Below, piece after piece: positions 52,069 to 64,000 of a stretch of DNA of 64,000 bases (position 1 is its first letter; each line of letters starts with the position of its first letter). A program made the translations under genes and the position numbers. Source of the DNA: Geosiphon pyriformis uo1 (lineage: Eukaryota > Fungi > Glomeromycota). Below the pieces are notes generated by a model. It made no database searches. It had not been told where the DNA came from and saw only the letters and a program-made list of their open reading frames with translations. The DNA is taken from contig JAAOMT010000352.1 of assembly GCA_016748015.1 (NCBI GenBank), positions 496,001-560,000 of the forward strand, in the 5' to 3' direction.

Positions 52069-52945
52069 GTGTGACTTTTAATGTGTAAATTGGTGCATTG
52101 GCTTCCTGAAAAAACACCTTTTTTTTAGTTTTTTTTACATGAAGTTTTACCATAGGAATTGCATAATTAACCAAGATTTGGTGGTGTATAACTCCAGTAA
52201 TATGACCAACTAAAGGAACTAAAGGATTCAAACTGACTCATAAAAAACATCCTCAAAACATGCAATCAAAGCTTTTTCTAACTATGACTGTAATACAATT
52301 CTTATAAAACTCTTTGGAAGATTTACACCATACACATTCAAATTCTGTAGTTTTAAATTGTGTATATATAGATTCATCTGATCAAACAACTCGTTTAAAA
52401 TCTTCTACTGTCCAATTTTTATAAGTATGAGCCCATTGTAAACATTTTTTTTTTATTTGATTTGGAAATTAATGACTTGAAACAAGGAATGCACAAGCAA
52501 AGTCCTTCTTAAGCTAATCTATTTCAAATAATTTGTTTAGAAATACATTTGTTGATATCTTTAATAAAATTCAATCATATTTGAGAAAAAGTTTGACAGC
52601 AGGTTTTTTTATTCTCTATTATTGAATATTTGAGTTGTTCACGTGTGGATTTATCAAGAATTTGTGGTTGGTTTGTTCATTTTTTAAGAAGTTTTTTTAG
52701 CTTGTATGACTTTCATACACATATTACAGAAGAATGTAAATATTGAATAGTTATTGAAATCTTACTATTTATATGTTCTAATTTTTTTGCTAAAATAATC
52801 TCTCCTTTTTGGTATTCAGAAAGTTTTTTTCTAAGACACATTTGATGCAATAAATTTTTTTATGACAAGAATGTTTGATATTTTATAAATATGCATATGA
52901 TTCACTGTTGTGTTTTACAAGGATGCAATTTATGTTGATTTGTAG
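52069..52945 (-). mobile_element. Tc1/mariner-like transposase remnant, interrupted by LTR-C just after the second catalytic Asp position
   Basis: CLQWAHTYKNWTVEDFKRVVWSDES, MF*GCF..LNPLVPL, FFQEANAPIYT. Confidence 0.8.
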
Positions 52946-53099
52946 ATTATAACTATAAGTAATTATAAAAAAAATTATGGCTTAAATTGGTAATAGTATT
53001 ACTATATATAGCTTTTTTTATATATTATATTAAGTATTCAATACTTTTTATACCCTCCTGTACAATATTATAAAAAAGCTAACTATTAAAATACTAATG

Positions 53100-56030
53100 C
53101 TTTTTTCAAACTTATTATTAACTAATAATACAATTACTTTTATTAAATTAACTTAATTATTAATATAAATATTTAAATTAAACACAATAATAGACTTGAA
53201 CAATTACTTTGCTTTAATAAAATTTTTGAATAAAAAACAATACTTACTGAACTGTACTTAATAACAAAAAAAACATAATTAAATTTTTATTTGATTTACT
53301 AAATTAATTATATAAAAAAAACAAAAAAAATCTTAACTGTTTCCAAAAAATTATAAAACTTGAAAAAAAAAATTGTGATTTATAATATATATATTAATTT
53401 ATTAGCGAATTATTTTAAAAAAACAAAAACCATTCAAAAAATTTTAGTTTGCTATTATTGATCTATCTTAAAAAAAACATTTTTGAGTACATTAAAACTT
53501 GTAATATCTACCAAAAAAAAACATTTATCTAATTTTTGTTGATCAATTATTTAACAAAATTGGTATAATATTATTGAACTTTTAATAATAATTTTTAATA
53601 GCAATAAATATATTATTATAGCTACTAATTATTTAATAAAGTAAATAAAAACAAGAATTATATTTGATTAAACAATAGTTTTTATTGTCAATTTTATTTA
53701 TAAAAATATTATATATTATTATAGTTGTTCCAAAAAACTTTTATCTGATAGAAAAAAAGCTTTTTTCAATATTTTAATTAAAAAACTTTGTAAAAAATTG
53801 AAAATATATTATAAACTTTTATCTTTATATTATTTTTAAACAAATAATTTAATAAAATATTTTAATAAAATATTATATAAGATTTTAATTAAAACTAATA
53901 AAAAAACAATTTATAAGGCAAAATATTGTTTTTTGTTTTATTTGTTTATAAAATTGTAAATTATAACATAATAAATTATAAACTCTTTTATCTACTTTAT
54001 AGAAAAATAATAATTCTACTAATAAAACTAATATTAAAACAATATTTTTCAAAAAAACCACAATAAAAAAGTATAAAAATATTTTGTAAAAAAAGCTTGG
54101 TACAATTTTTGACTTATTAATAAAAGCACAGATAATTATTTTCAAAAAAATAAAACAATTCCAAAAAAAGCTCAAAAAAAAACATATAAAACATTTTTCT
54201 TAAGTATTAGTAACTTAATTTTAAAATACTATTTAAACAAAAACAATATCTATAAAAATAAGTTTTTTAACCAGTAAAAAAAAATTTTATAATTAATAAA
54301 GTTTTAAATAATAGTTTTTATATTTTATAAAATTAATATATAACAATTTTTAATAATTAATTTATGCATAATACATAATTTAAAAAACATTATAAATAGT
54401 CTAATTAATTATCTGTTGTGGTAATATTGATCGAAATAATTAGTAAAAATTAGTTATAAATAAATATACTATTTTTAAAACAGAAATATCTTTAATTAAT
54501 ATAAACAATTATTTTTTAAATTAAAATATTTAAAATACTTTTAATATTTTAAATAAATATTAAACCAAAAATTATTTAAAAATTATCTTAATTATTAGAA
54601 AACAAACTATTATAACTGATAATAGTAAAATTTATACTATTATTAAATTAAAAAAAACCATTACTAAAAGAAAAAAACTAGTAGCAAAATATAATTGAAT
54701 ATATAATTTTAGCTATATTATTATCTTTTAATACACTTAAAAAAACAATAAAAAAAATTTTGTTATAAACAAAAACTTGTCATATGAAAAACAATTAGAG
54801 ATTTATAGTATTATGAATAAATTTGGCAAGATATAACAGTAATATTTAGTATTTTAAATTTAGGTATTGAGAACTGTAAAAAATTTTTTTAATAAGTTTG
54901 TTTGGAGTATTAGAGTTATTAGTTTTTAAAAAGTTTTTCTTAGATGTGAATTTATTTATAGAGTTCTTTGGTTATAAGATACAAAGATATAGTTTTGTGG
55001 TGTAGTTATTTGTAATTATATACTATTTTTTCTAAGTTAGTTAAGCACAATTGTTAAAGTCTGGTAATATTTTTTTGCCTTTCTGGTAAACTAACAAAAT
55101 AACATTACTATTTAATTCTAGAAGAAGCTTCTTTCTTTTACTAGACTATTACAAAGTTTATTTTCAGACAGTTGATTTTTTTTATGTTGCTATTTCACAA
55201 AAAAATAAAAAAAAATAAAAAAAAGAAGAAAAAAAATATAAAGAAATTTAAAAACAAAAATTAGTATCATCAACTGTCATAATCAAGAGTAATTGATCCA
55301 AATCATTAAAAATTTGTGGCATTGTATGTTAAGAACATTAATCTAAGAAAGATGGTAAAAAACAATAATTAATTCAGTAGAAATATAGAACTTTAGAAAT
55401 TATGTATAAGCAATTTTTGGGTTTTGGGTTTTTTTTAATATTTTTTAATATTTTTGTAATTTAAGTATAAGTATAAGTAAGAAGTTTTATTAAGGAATAT
55501 ATTGAATATAAGTAGAGAAAAAAGTTGATTTTTGTCTATCTGCCTTTTTTTTTCTATCTTCTATAACTACTCTCTTTTATATATTTTTTTAGTTCTATAA
55601 ACCTGTTTTTGATCATTTTGTTATTGCTAACTATTATTTACTATTTTTGTTATTGCTTTATTTCTTTATATTATTACTAGTTATTATAAGTTTAATTAAT
55701 TTTTTTGTGCTATATTGTGTTCTTACATTTTGTATTTGTGTTATTCTAAGTTATTATGTATTATTTTGTGTTTTTTTATGTTATTTTGTATTATTTTATG
55801 TTATTATGTTTTTGATCACATTTTTTTATAACTTGGATTGGTTTTTCTATTCAAGTAACAATAATTAACTTAGTAAGATTATAAAAGACATAAAATTTTT
55901 AAAGAAAACAACTTTATAGATACAAGTAAAAATTTTGAACATTATATAATTAGATATCTTAAAAGTTTTAATTATTGTTAAAAAAGCCAAAACTTTTATA
56001 TAAAAATATAATTTTTTTAATATAAAGCTT
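53100..56030 (+). mobile_element. Extremely decayed family B integrase + 3' ORF
   Basis: Colinear with the reverse complement of 12750-14200 and 43900-44250; interrupted by LTR-D. Confidence 0.65.
54809..55860 (-). repeat. Solo LTR family D
   Basis: Reverse-complement homolog of 26804-27776; flanks atag/ataa; host B 3' ORF rejoins across it. Confidence 0.75.
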
Positions 56031-56149
56031 ATTTTAATAACTATTAATATTATATAATTAATCATATTATTTTTAGATAGTAATAAATAATTTAATTAAT
56101 AATTTAATTATTGATCTAATTATTGATTTAGTTATTAGCCACTTTAAAT

Positions 56150-56209
<60 letters not shown>

Positions 56210-56320
56210 GAGTGAGATTCAAATATTACTTAGTGCTATACATCAAAGAAATAATCTAAACTAAGTATAAATCATGTATTTTCTACATGTGACCAGCCAC
56301 TCAGGCTGATCAAAACAACA

Positions 56321-59300
56321 CTACACAGTTATATAAACTGAGACCAAGTTATCTATACTTGAGAAAAATAAACAAGATTTGCAGAAACCAAAACAAATAC
56401 CAAAAGCTTTGATAATACTAAGCAGTTTAATTATACCAACAGAAAACCTCATCACCAAACCAAAAATTGACACAAAAGTCAAACCATCTAATAGAATCAA
56501 TTCGGTCTTTTTCATATATGTATAATGTTTAGCATGAACTACCCAAATATTATTCCTAAAAGTGAGACCAAGAGAATGCACAAATTTGACAACCTCTGAA
56601 CTGGCAATCTTGGGATCACAGAAGACAGAAACAGCCTTGTGAAACCAACTATCAAAAACAAAACCCTTATAAAGAGCCATGAACACAGGAAGGTCAGAAA
56701 CACAAGATAACAATAGCTGTAGCACACTTAAAAATGAGTAAAAGAAACCAAAAAAAGCCTTCCATAAAGCCACATAAGAGTACAATATTCAATGTCTTAC
56801 AGAATTGTTGACCTCACAAAAAAATACATGATCTGACATTTCCACATTACCACAATACAAACACAATACACTAGAATAATATTTGTCATAAGGGCACTTC
56901 CGAATAACAACAGGCAGTCAATGATACAAGGCTTTCATAAAGTAAGTGCACATACTAGCTAAGAGTCTGCTGATAAAGCCAGCAGCCATGTGCAAATCAA
57001 GATGCCACACCAGTAATGAGTGGAGCCAATTGACTTTAGAAAGCAAATTACCTGTCAAAAATCTGAAACCAGAACCAACCTTTCAGCATATATAACAAAT
57101 AGAATGATAAATATTATGTACAAAATGTTTTGAATTGTCAGAAACAACACTATTATCAGCCATTATAAATCATTTATTCAAGTAAGAAGGAAGATGCCAA
57201 CCAGAAAGAGAAGCAGCACCAGCAATCATGTTAGCATGCTCATTTTCTGAAACACCAGAGTGACTCTTTACCTTATGCTAACTAATCTTCAAATTCTTGT
57301 TATAAATAACATTAACAATATGCTAACATTCAACCCAACACTGATTGCGAAAGTCAGAATACACCAGACCCAATTTCAACTTACAAGCATCCAAAGCAGA
57401 TTAACTATCTGAAAATAAGTAAACAGAGCTAGACAAGAAAACACATTCCAGGGCCAAAGCAATAGCCTGTAATTCTGCCATAGTTAATGACATCAAATCC
57501 AACACACCAATTTCCAAACCCAAATTAATGTTCTCAAAAAAAACGGCAGTACAAGCTTTACAGTCAACTATTCCCAAATCTTTCAGAGACCTATTTATAT
57601 ATACAAATAAACTATCAGAACCAATTCAAGAGAGATGGTCACAAACAAATGCAAAATTACCAGAGTCAAGAATACTCAAAGAACCAATTTCACTCAAAAC
57701 CAAAAGACGAACAGAAAAAAAAGTCACACCATTGAAAAACATTGTAGAAATCATAAACCATTCAGGAATAAGACCACAGAAGTCCAGTTTCTTCTATCAC
57801 TTGAAAGTACACTAATCAAAGACAGCACCATGACTATTACAAAGTTGATTCACAAAAGCTATGCTATACTGCCAAAAAGAAGGAAGAAACTTGAAAAATC
57901 TTGACTTGCTCAGAACAACAGACATGGGAATTCCACCATAAAACCAAAAAAAACTGGCCAAAGAGCCACCTAGGGACAATTTGCAATTAAGCAAAATATG
58001 AATCATGTTTACTAGAAAGTTATTAGAAGCACTGACATAAGTACGGACAGAAGAACCCAATAGATAAACAGAACACTAACACAAAACTTACAAGTCATGA
58101 GACCTGTAAGAAAACAAGTAATCCAAGATTCTATCAGAGTTCATAAAGCCAATAAGGGAAGCAATCTTACTCTTAGACTGAACTTGTAAGAAAGATTTCA
58201 AACCATAAAAAGAAGAGTGGTGAATTGTATTACTAGGAAAATTGAGTGGTAGACCAGATTTAAGTTTTAAACACTTGCAAATTAGAGCATCCCACTTGTT
58301 GTATATACCAACAAGAATAAAGCTAAATTGTATTCTATAACTGACTATAGGATGGAAAACTGCTGACACCAAATACAACAGCTGCTTATCTGAAATAGTT
58401 TTTCTTAAAACCAGATTGGTGAAAAAACAAATGTTTGAATTTGCCTTAGCCAAACTAAACTTCGAGAGTCCCTCAGTTAAAAAAAAATATCCAGATACTA
58501 ATGAAATTCATCTTTTTTGACAATAAAAATTGGCAAGCCATTAATAAAAAGAGAAAAATTGCTGACTCTGCTGTTAATGGAAATGGCCACCATCTTGTTA
58601 TTATTAATTGAAATGTCATTAATCTGAAAAAATTTACTAGCAATATTGAAAATATGTTAAGTAGCACTCTGACTGCTACCAATCCAAATTGTATTATTAA
58701 CAAAAGTACCAGCAGCAAAAAAGGAAAAAAGTCCAGCTTGAGATTTAGCACAACCACTTCTGGAAATAAAATGAGAATTCAATCTATATTCACACATATT
58801 TTCCTGACGTTTGACTTCACACAACAAAAAATCATAAAATATGCATCATAGAAGAGAAGAAAACACATCTCCTTGGTTCAGATTATCAAGCACACAATAA
58901 CCACCTGTTAAACCAAAATCTGTTATAACTTGGTTGGTATGATCCCTATGAATACTACCAAAAAATTGAATGAACTTGCTGCACATTTTAATTCTGACCA
59001 AACTCTTTTCAAGATGCTCTCAGCCAACTGAATCATATGCTTTCCTCATGTTTTGCAAAACTAGCCAAAGCTTCTGGTTCTTTTCTAAAGCATCTTCAAT
59101 AACTGAACCAATTGTGAAAATAGGAAACTGCATTGTTATATCCTTCAAAACCGAGAAATTGTTCCTACAAAGAACATTAAAAATGCTGTATACCAAAGAA
59201 ATCCTATTAGAAAGAATCTTGGAAAGAATTTTATGAATTGTTTTGATTAAAGCAATAGGACAGGTATTTGTCAGAACACCCTTCTACTTATATGATTTGG

Positions 59301-61007
59301 GAATCATCAAGATTCAAGTCTCTTCCAAAAGCTGAACACCAATTTATCAGACAAACAAGAATTCAAAAGCACCAAAAGCATATCTAAGACTGTTTTATCA
59401 CAATGTTTTCAAAGCTCATTCAATATACCTGAAAGACCAGCAGCTTTGCCATCAGGCAAATTAAAAACCACTTTAAACAATTCATCAAATTTGATTAAAC
59501 ACATAACACCAAAAAAAGCTTTATCAAAAACATATTCCAAAAGTTGATATTAATGATGCCAGTTACCAAATACAATATCTACCACTCTATACTTCTTAGT
59601 TTAACCCTCCATGATTACATTTATCTTAGCCTTAACCAAATTAGGTTTCAGGATTAGTTCATTATTAACCACCAGATGATCAAGTACTACTTTGTAAAAT
59701 GGACACTTCAATACACTTCTAATTATATAACTTTTATTAATTTCAAAGCTCTTTATTCTCTTGTCAACAGCAAACCTGATGTTTACCTCCTTAGTCTTCA
59801 GAGATTTAGCAAGCTTGACAGCATGATAAGACTTTTTAATACCAAAAAAAGCAGAACAAATATGATTAGAGCCAGCACTAAAGTCCACTACATCCCAAAC
59901 AACTAAAGCCTTAACATTGTCTAAAAAAATCCAGCATTTCATAAAAAAATCAAAATTCACAATACTCTTCTCATATAAGGCCTTAGCAATCCTAGAAACC
60001 AAAAGTTCCAATCTGTGAAATCTTAAAAATTTCTTGGTGAAGACATCATTAAAGCTCTTAAACCATTTCTTCTTGAACACTTTATTAACTGAGAGAACCA
60101 TTATCTTGTAAACAATGTCCCACATTACATCCAAATCTGAAAACCATGTAGAGATGGCAATCTTACCTAAAAACATTGCAGCATTGGCTAACATAACATT
60201 TTTAAAATCATTCCATTTAATTTTGTTGGCATCTTTGAAATCAAACCTCCATTGGTTCCTATTTACTTGTTTGTGAAAAGAGCTTAACCACATATTTAAA
60301 AGTCTATCCAAACCCATAAACACAGAAATGAATTAGTGATCTGTGTCAAAATGCTCACTGACTTCTGAAACATTGTGATGTACTATTACATTAATCAGAT
60401 TTGGAGAAACAAGTACATAATCAATTATTTTCATGACACCTTTAGAGTTTGTCCATGTGAACTTCTTTACAGTTGGGCTGCTGACCAAGAAATTAACTAA
60501 CCCCAAATCAAAACATTTTTTGAAACTTGCACACTTATAAGAGCCATTTTTATTAAAATTATCACTGAGAATAATGAAGAAAGATTCATTAACAGCCTTT
60601 GCAATAAAAAAGTTGACATCACCAGCCTGAAAAAACCTAATTGCCAAAGAGACATTAGCATAAAGCCCCAAAATTGACACTGAAAGTTTATTTTTGAAAA
60701 GTAATTTGATAGATAAGAGCCAACCAAACATCTCCAAAATCTTGCACACATGTTTTGCCAAAAAAGAATTTATGATAACTACAACACTAGCACCTAGATA
60801 ACCAGATTCCAAACCAGAAGTAAACACCTACACACCACCAAATTTGTTGACAATCCAGAGGTGAATCTTCCCTTTTAACTTTGATTCCATAAAAATAGAA
60901 ACTAAAACATCCTTGTTTCTGTGCCAATGAATGATATCTTCTTGTTTTGCAGAATTGTTCATTTTTTTAATATTGTAAGTAGCAATTTTCCAAACCAAAC
61001 CACTCAT
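56321..61007 (-). pseudogene. LINE ORF2 (APE endonuclease, RT, RNase H, C-terminal Cys/His motif)
   Basis: WKIATYNI, FMESKL, IDYVLVS, FDTDH; LQNMRKAYDSVG; RNase H AELQAIALAL, FSDS, HSGVSENEHAN; CLYCGNVEMSDH. Confidence 0.88.
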
Positions 61008-61024
61008 TGGGAAGAAAAAGACAT

Positions 61025-62927
61025 CTAAGACCTTAAGCCAGTGCACAACTGATCTAACTTTACCAAAACTGAATCAACAAAAGTCTCAAAAGCCACCAAC
61101 TTAGATTCCAAACTGCAAACCTTGGTCATCAAGACTTTTGAACTACTTAGACCCAAAGTTGAAATGTTAGGGGAGACAAAAAAAGGAGGTATAAGCACCA
61201 ATTCAGAACCATCCACAATTATATCTAAAGCCAAATCTACTTTGATAACAATTAAGATAACCGAAACTTTAGAGAAGGGAAATAGAGCTCACAACATTAA
61301 TTTTATGTTACTGATCTTATGCACAATATCAAAAATTCAATTAGTTAAAAACTTCAAGAAATGTTTCAAAGAGGCCAAGCAAACATCCAAAGACAAATCT
61401 CTAGTTGAAACAAGAGGAAGAACTCCATTTGTATCTGAAGTGCCAGAGAAAGAGAAATCAAAACCAGAAGAAAAGTGAGGATCATCAGAAGAACCAACAA
61501 GAGAGACCACTTGGGCCCAAGATTTGCCATCAAAAGCAGCAGGGTAAAATATTGGAACACTCTTCCTCTTGTACAACTTTGCTAACTAAAGATGATGTTC
61601 ATCAGAAGGAATCTTTTTAAATAGTCTTGAAGGCTTAGAAATAGATACAACAGAAACATCACATTTTAAAGCAGAATGACCAAATCTCTTACATTTCTTA
61701 CAACAAACCAAATTCATTCTAGCCCAAGACAGTTTAACTCCACCAAAGATAGACTCTATGTAAAAAACAGATTCCAGATTACTCTCAAAATCAAAACCAA
61801 TTACAGTACAGCAAATCTTATTACCAGTCTCTATAGATCTGTTTATAATGCATGTTTTCTTACTAGTTTCTTCTAAAAGAGTTCCAAGATTATGTGCTGT
61901 TGTTTTCACTGGCAAAGTAAATAACAGCACTCTGAACTAATCTCTAGATGCCCAAATCTCATAATTTCTTACTGTTTTGGCTATGTGCACAGAATTTTTC
62001 CCAATTAAGAATAACTACTTTGAGGCCAAAAGATTGGCTTAATCCAATTCAGCAAACTTTACCACAGCCTTTTGCCACATTCCAATCAATTGAATTCTGA
62101 TCAACTTAATTTTTCCAAATTTGGATACTGTGGTGATAATCATATCTTTAGGCATATTTATGGGAATTTTCTTAATTACCACAGTTCGATCTGACTTAAT
62201 TCTTTGTTTCTTAAGATTGCTGTTTATATTAATCCCTTTTTTTTTGGCCAATAATGCAGTCATTTCCATGCTTTTTTCTGAAGTGAAGGTAGATCTGATG
62301 ATCCTCTCAAATTTTGAAGAGATAGTGGCCTCCACAAAACCATTAACTAATGAAAAAATTTTTCTAACCAACTGAGTTTTGCTGTTGCCAATTTTTTTTT
62401 CACAGCTGAGAGATTAATATTCAAAGCAAACAATTTTTTGATTGATACTTTTACTGGAGTTTTAATGATTTTAGGATCAATCCACTTTTTGTTAAAAAAG
62501 ATGAGCAAGCAAGGAGAAAGAACAACTTTATTATCATCTATATTGAAATTGGGAAAACAGAGCAGAGAGCCAAAAACAGTACCAATATTGACTTGTTTTG
62601 TCTTGGGTGTGGTAGCAGCTGAGCCCAGAAGAGACTCACTATTTGCTCTAAACATGTTAACATTTTTATTATTACCAGAAAAACTTTCCACATCAGAATA
62701 TATATTATCACTAGGCCCAGATTTACTTAAGGAAATATCTTTTTTATCACTAAAGTGTTTAACATTTTCAAGGACAACTTTTTTCTTCTGCGAAAAGGAA
62801 CTACTAGTAGGGCCATGAAAAGCATTCTTAGGTGCCTTTTTTTAGACATGGTGCTAATTGTAAAAGTCTCCAGATCTACAAAAAATGGGTTATTATTAGG
62901 CAAAGAAATAATAATATAAACTAACAA
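61025..62927 (-). pseudogene. LINE ORF1 (RRM-like region + CCHC knuckle), frameshifted
   Basis: VVIKKIPINMPKDMI..FGKI..QKAVVKFAE; CKKCKRFGHSALKC. Confidence 0.8.
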
Positions 62928-63007
62928 AAAAAAATAAAAAAAAACTTCTTTTTTAGAAAATGCATTTTTTGAGAATTTTTGGAAGTAAGAGAGAAAAAAG
63001 ATTTTTT

Positions 63008-63520
63008 TTTAAATAGTTATATAAGTAATAAATTTTTTAGCTGTAAAAAAACATAAAATTGAAAAATAAAGTTAAAATTAAAATAATAAAATAATATTTT
63101 TATATTTAATATTTTTTTATTACTTATTTTTTTATTATTTTTTAGTATTTAAACATCTGTAAATAAAAAATTATTTGTTAATATTTATATATTTTATTTT
63201 ATTTTTTTGATTTGTATTATTAAAATTAACTTAAAAAACAATTATTTGTTTTTGTAATTTATTAAATAAAAAAATAATTGAAAAACACAACAATATTTGT
63301 TATTAATTCTAAAAATTACTAAGTAAAACATAAAATAATAACAATAATATTATCTTATTAACAATTATAAACTATTTTTTATTTTTAGATTTCTTAGCAA
63401 AAATTAAACAACTATAATTTTAAAACTAATTACATATATTAAATTCATACAAATTTAATTTGTTTTTTTAATTAAATTTTATTATTATTATTATTTTATT
63501 TTCATATAATTTTGTTCTTA
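63008..63520 (+). repeat. Remainder of the LTR-B split by the LINE (left part ~56030-56152)
   Basis: Colinear with 37360-37890. Confidence 0.7.
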
Positions 63521-64000
63521 ATTTATAATAATATTAATAAATATATTTATTTTAATTTTTTTAAGTTTATAAAGTAAAAATATTTAAGTAAAATTTAAAA
63601 TAAATTGTAATACTTAATATTTTTGTATTTTTTGACTTAACTTATATAATTAATAATCGTATTTAATAAAATTTTAATAGTATTATTTAATATATTATAA
63701 ATTAAAATTAAAATATGTTTGTAACTTTTAATTAATATATATAGATTAATAATAATTATTAAACTTAATTACATATTATTGATTTTGTTTTAAATATTTG
63801 TGGTTAATTTTTAAAATTATTATTAAATTATATTAAATATTAAAAATTAATTAAAACTTAGTTTTTATTATTATTAGTTTTACAAATTCCGTTTTTTTGT
63901 ATTTTTAATAATAACTTATATACATATTTTTACAAAAGCTTTGTTTTCAAAAATTAATACAATAAAGTATTTTTGGTTTTTAAAAATACAAAAATTGCTA

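Larger units (their letters stand above)
56153..63007 (-). mobile_element. Full-length LINE (ORF1 + ORF2 APE-RT-RNase H-Cys domain), degenerate, inserted in an LTR-B
   Basis: ~55-nt poly(A) (T-run 56152-56206); TSD tttaaatagt at 56143-56152 and 63008-63017; LTR-B resumes on both sides. Confidence 0.92.

Noticed and set aside
56152-56206. Poly(T) as terminator or microsatellite
   Set aside because: Explained as the LINE poly(A) tail bounded by a TSD.
63520-64000. Terminal AT-rich segment as a further element
   Set aside because: Too decayed to assign from sequence alone.

Overview
Eukaryotic, very AT-rich, repeat-saturated region. By protein-family recognition (inference) it is most likely a Glomeromycotina fungus, Geosiphon/AMF-like. 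About 90% is decayed, nested transposons: at least four Ty3/Gypsy LTR families (labelled A, B, C, D here), several RNase H-bearing LINEs (one full-length, 56153-63007, with poly(A) and TSD), a Tc1-like transposase remnant, and a TIR DNA transposon with FYR-like domains split by an N-gap. Only one intact host-type gene is present: a 3-exon minus-strand gene (24482-21694, ~773 aa) encoding a P-loop NTPase plus a PD-(D/E)xK nuclease (Crinkler/CR-effector type architecture), in a GC-richer, CpG-retaining island. Main points of interest: (1) Gypsy Pol proteins with a multi-CxxC insert and a dUTPase between protease and RT; (2) an extra ORF between integrase and 3' LTR in three families; (3) a shared PBS and shared pre-PPT motif across families; (4) a five-level nested insertion series resolvable by 4-bp TSDs; (5) pervasive RIP-like C>T/G>A hypermutation that stops at the gene island. 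Boundaries were read by eye and may be a few bases off.
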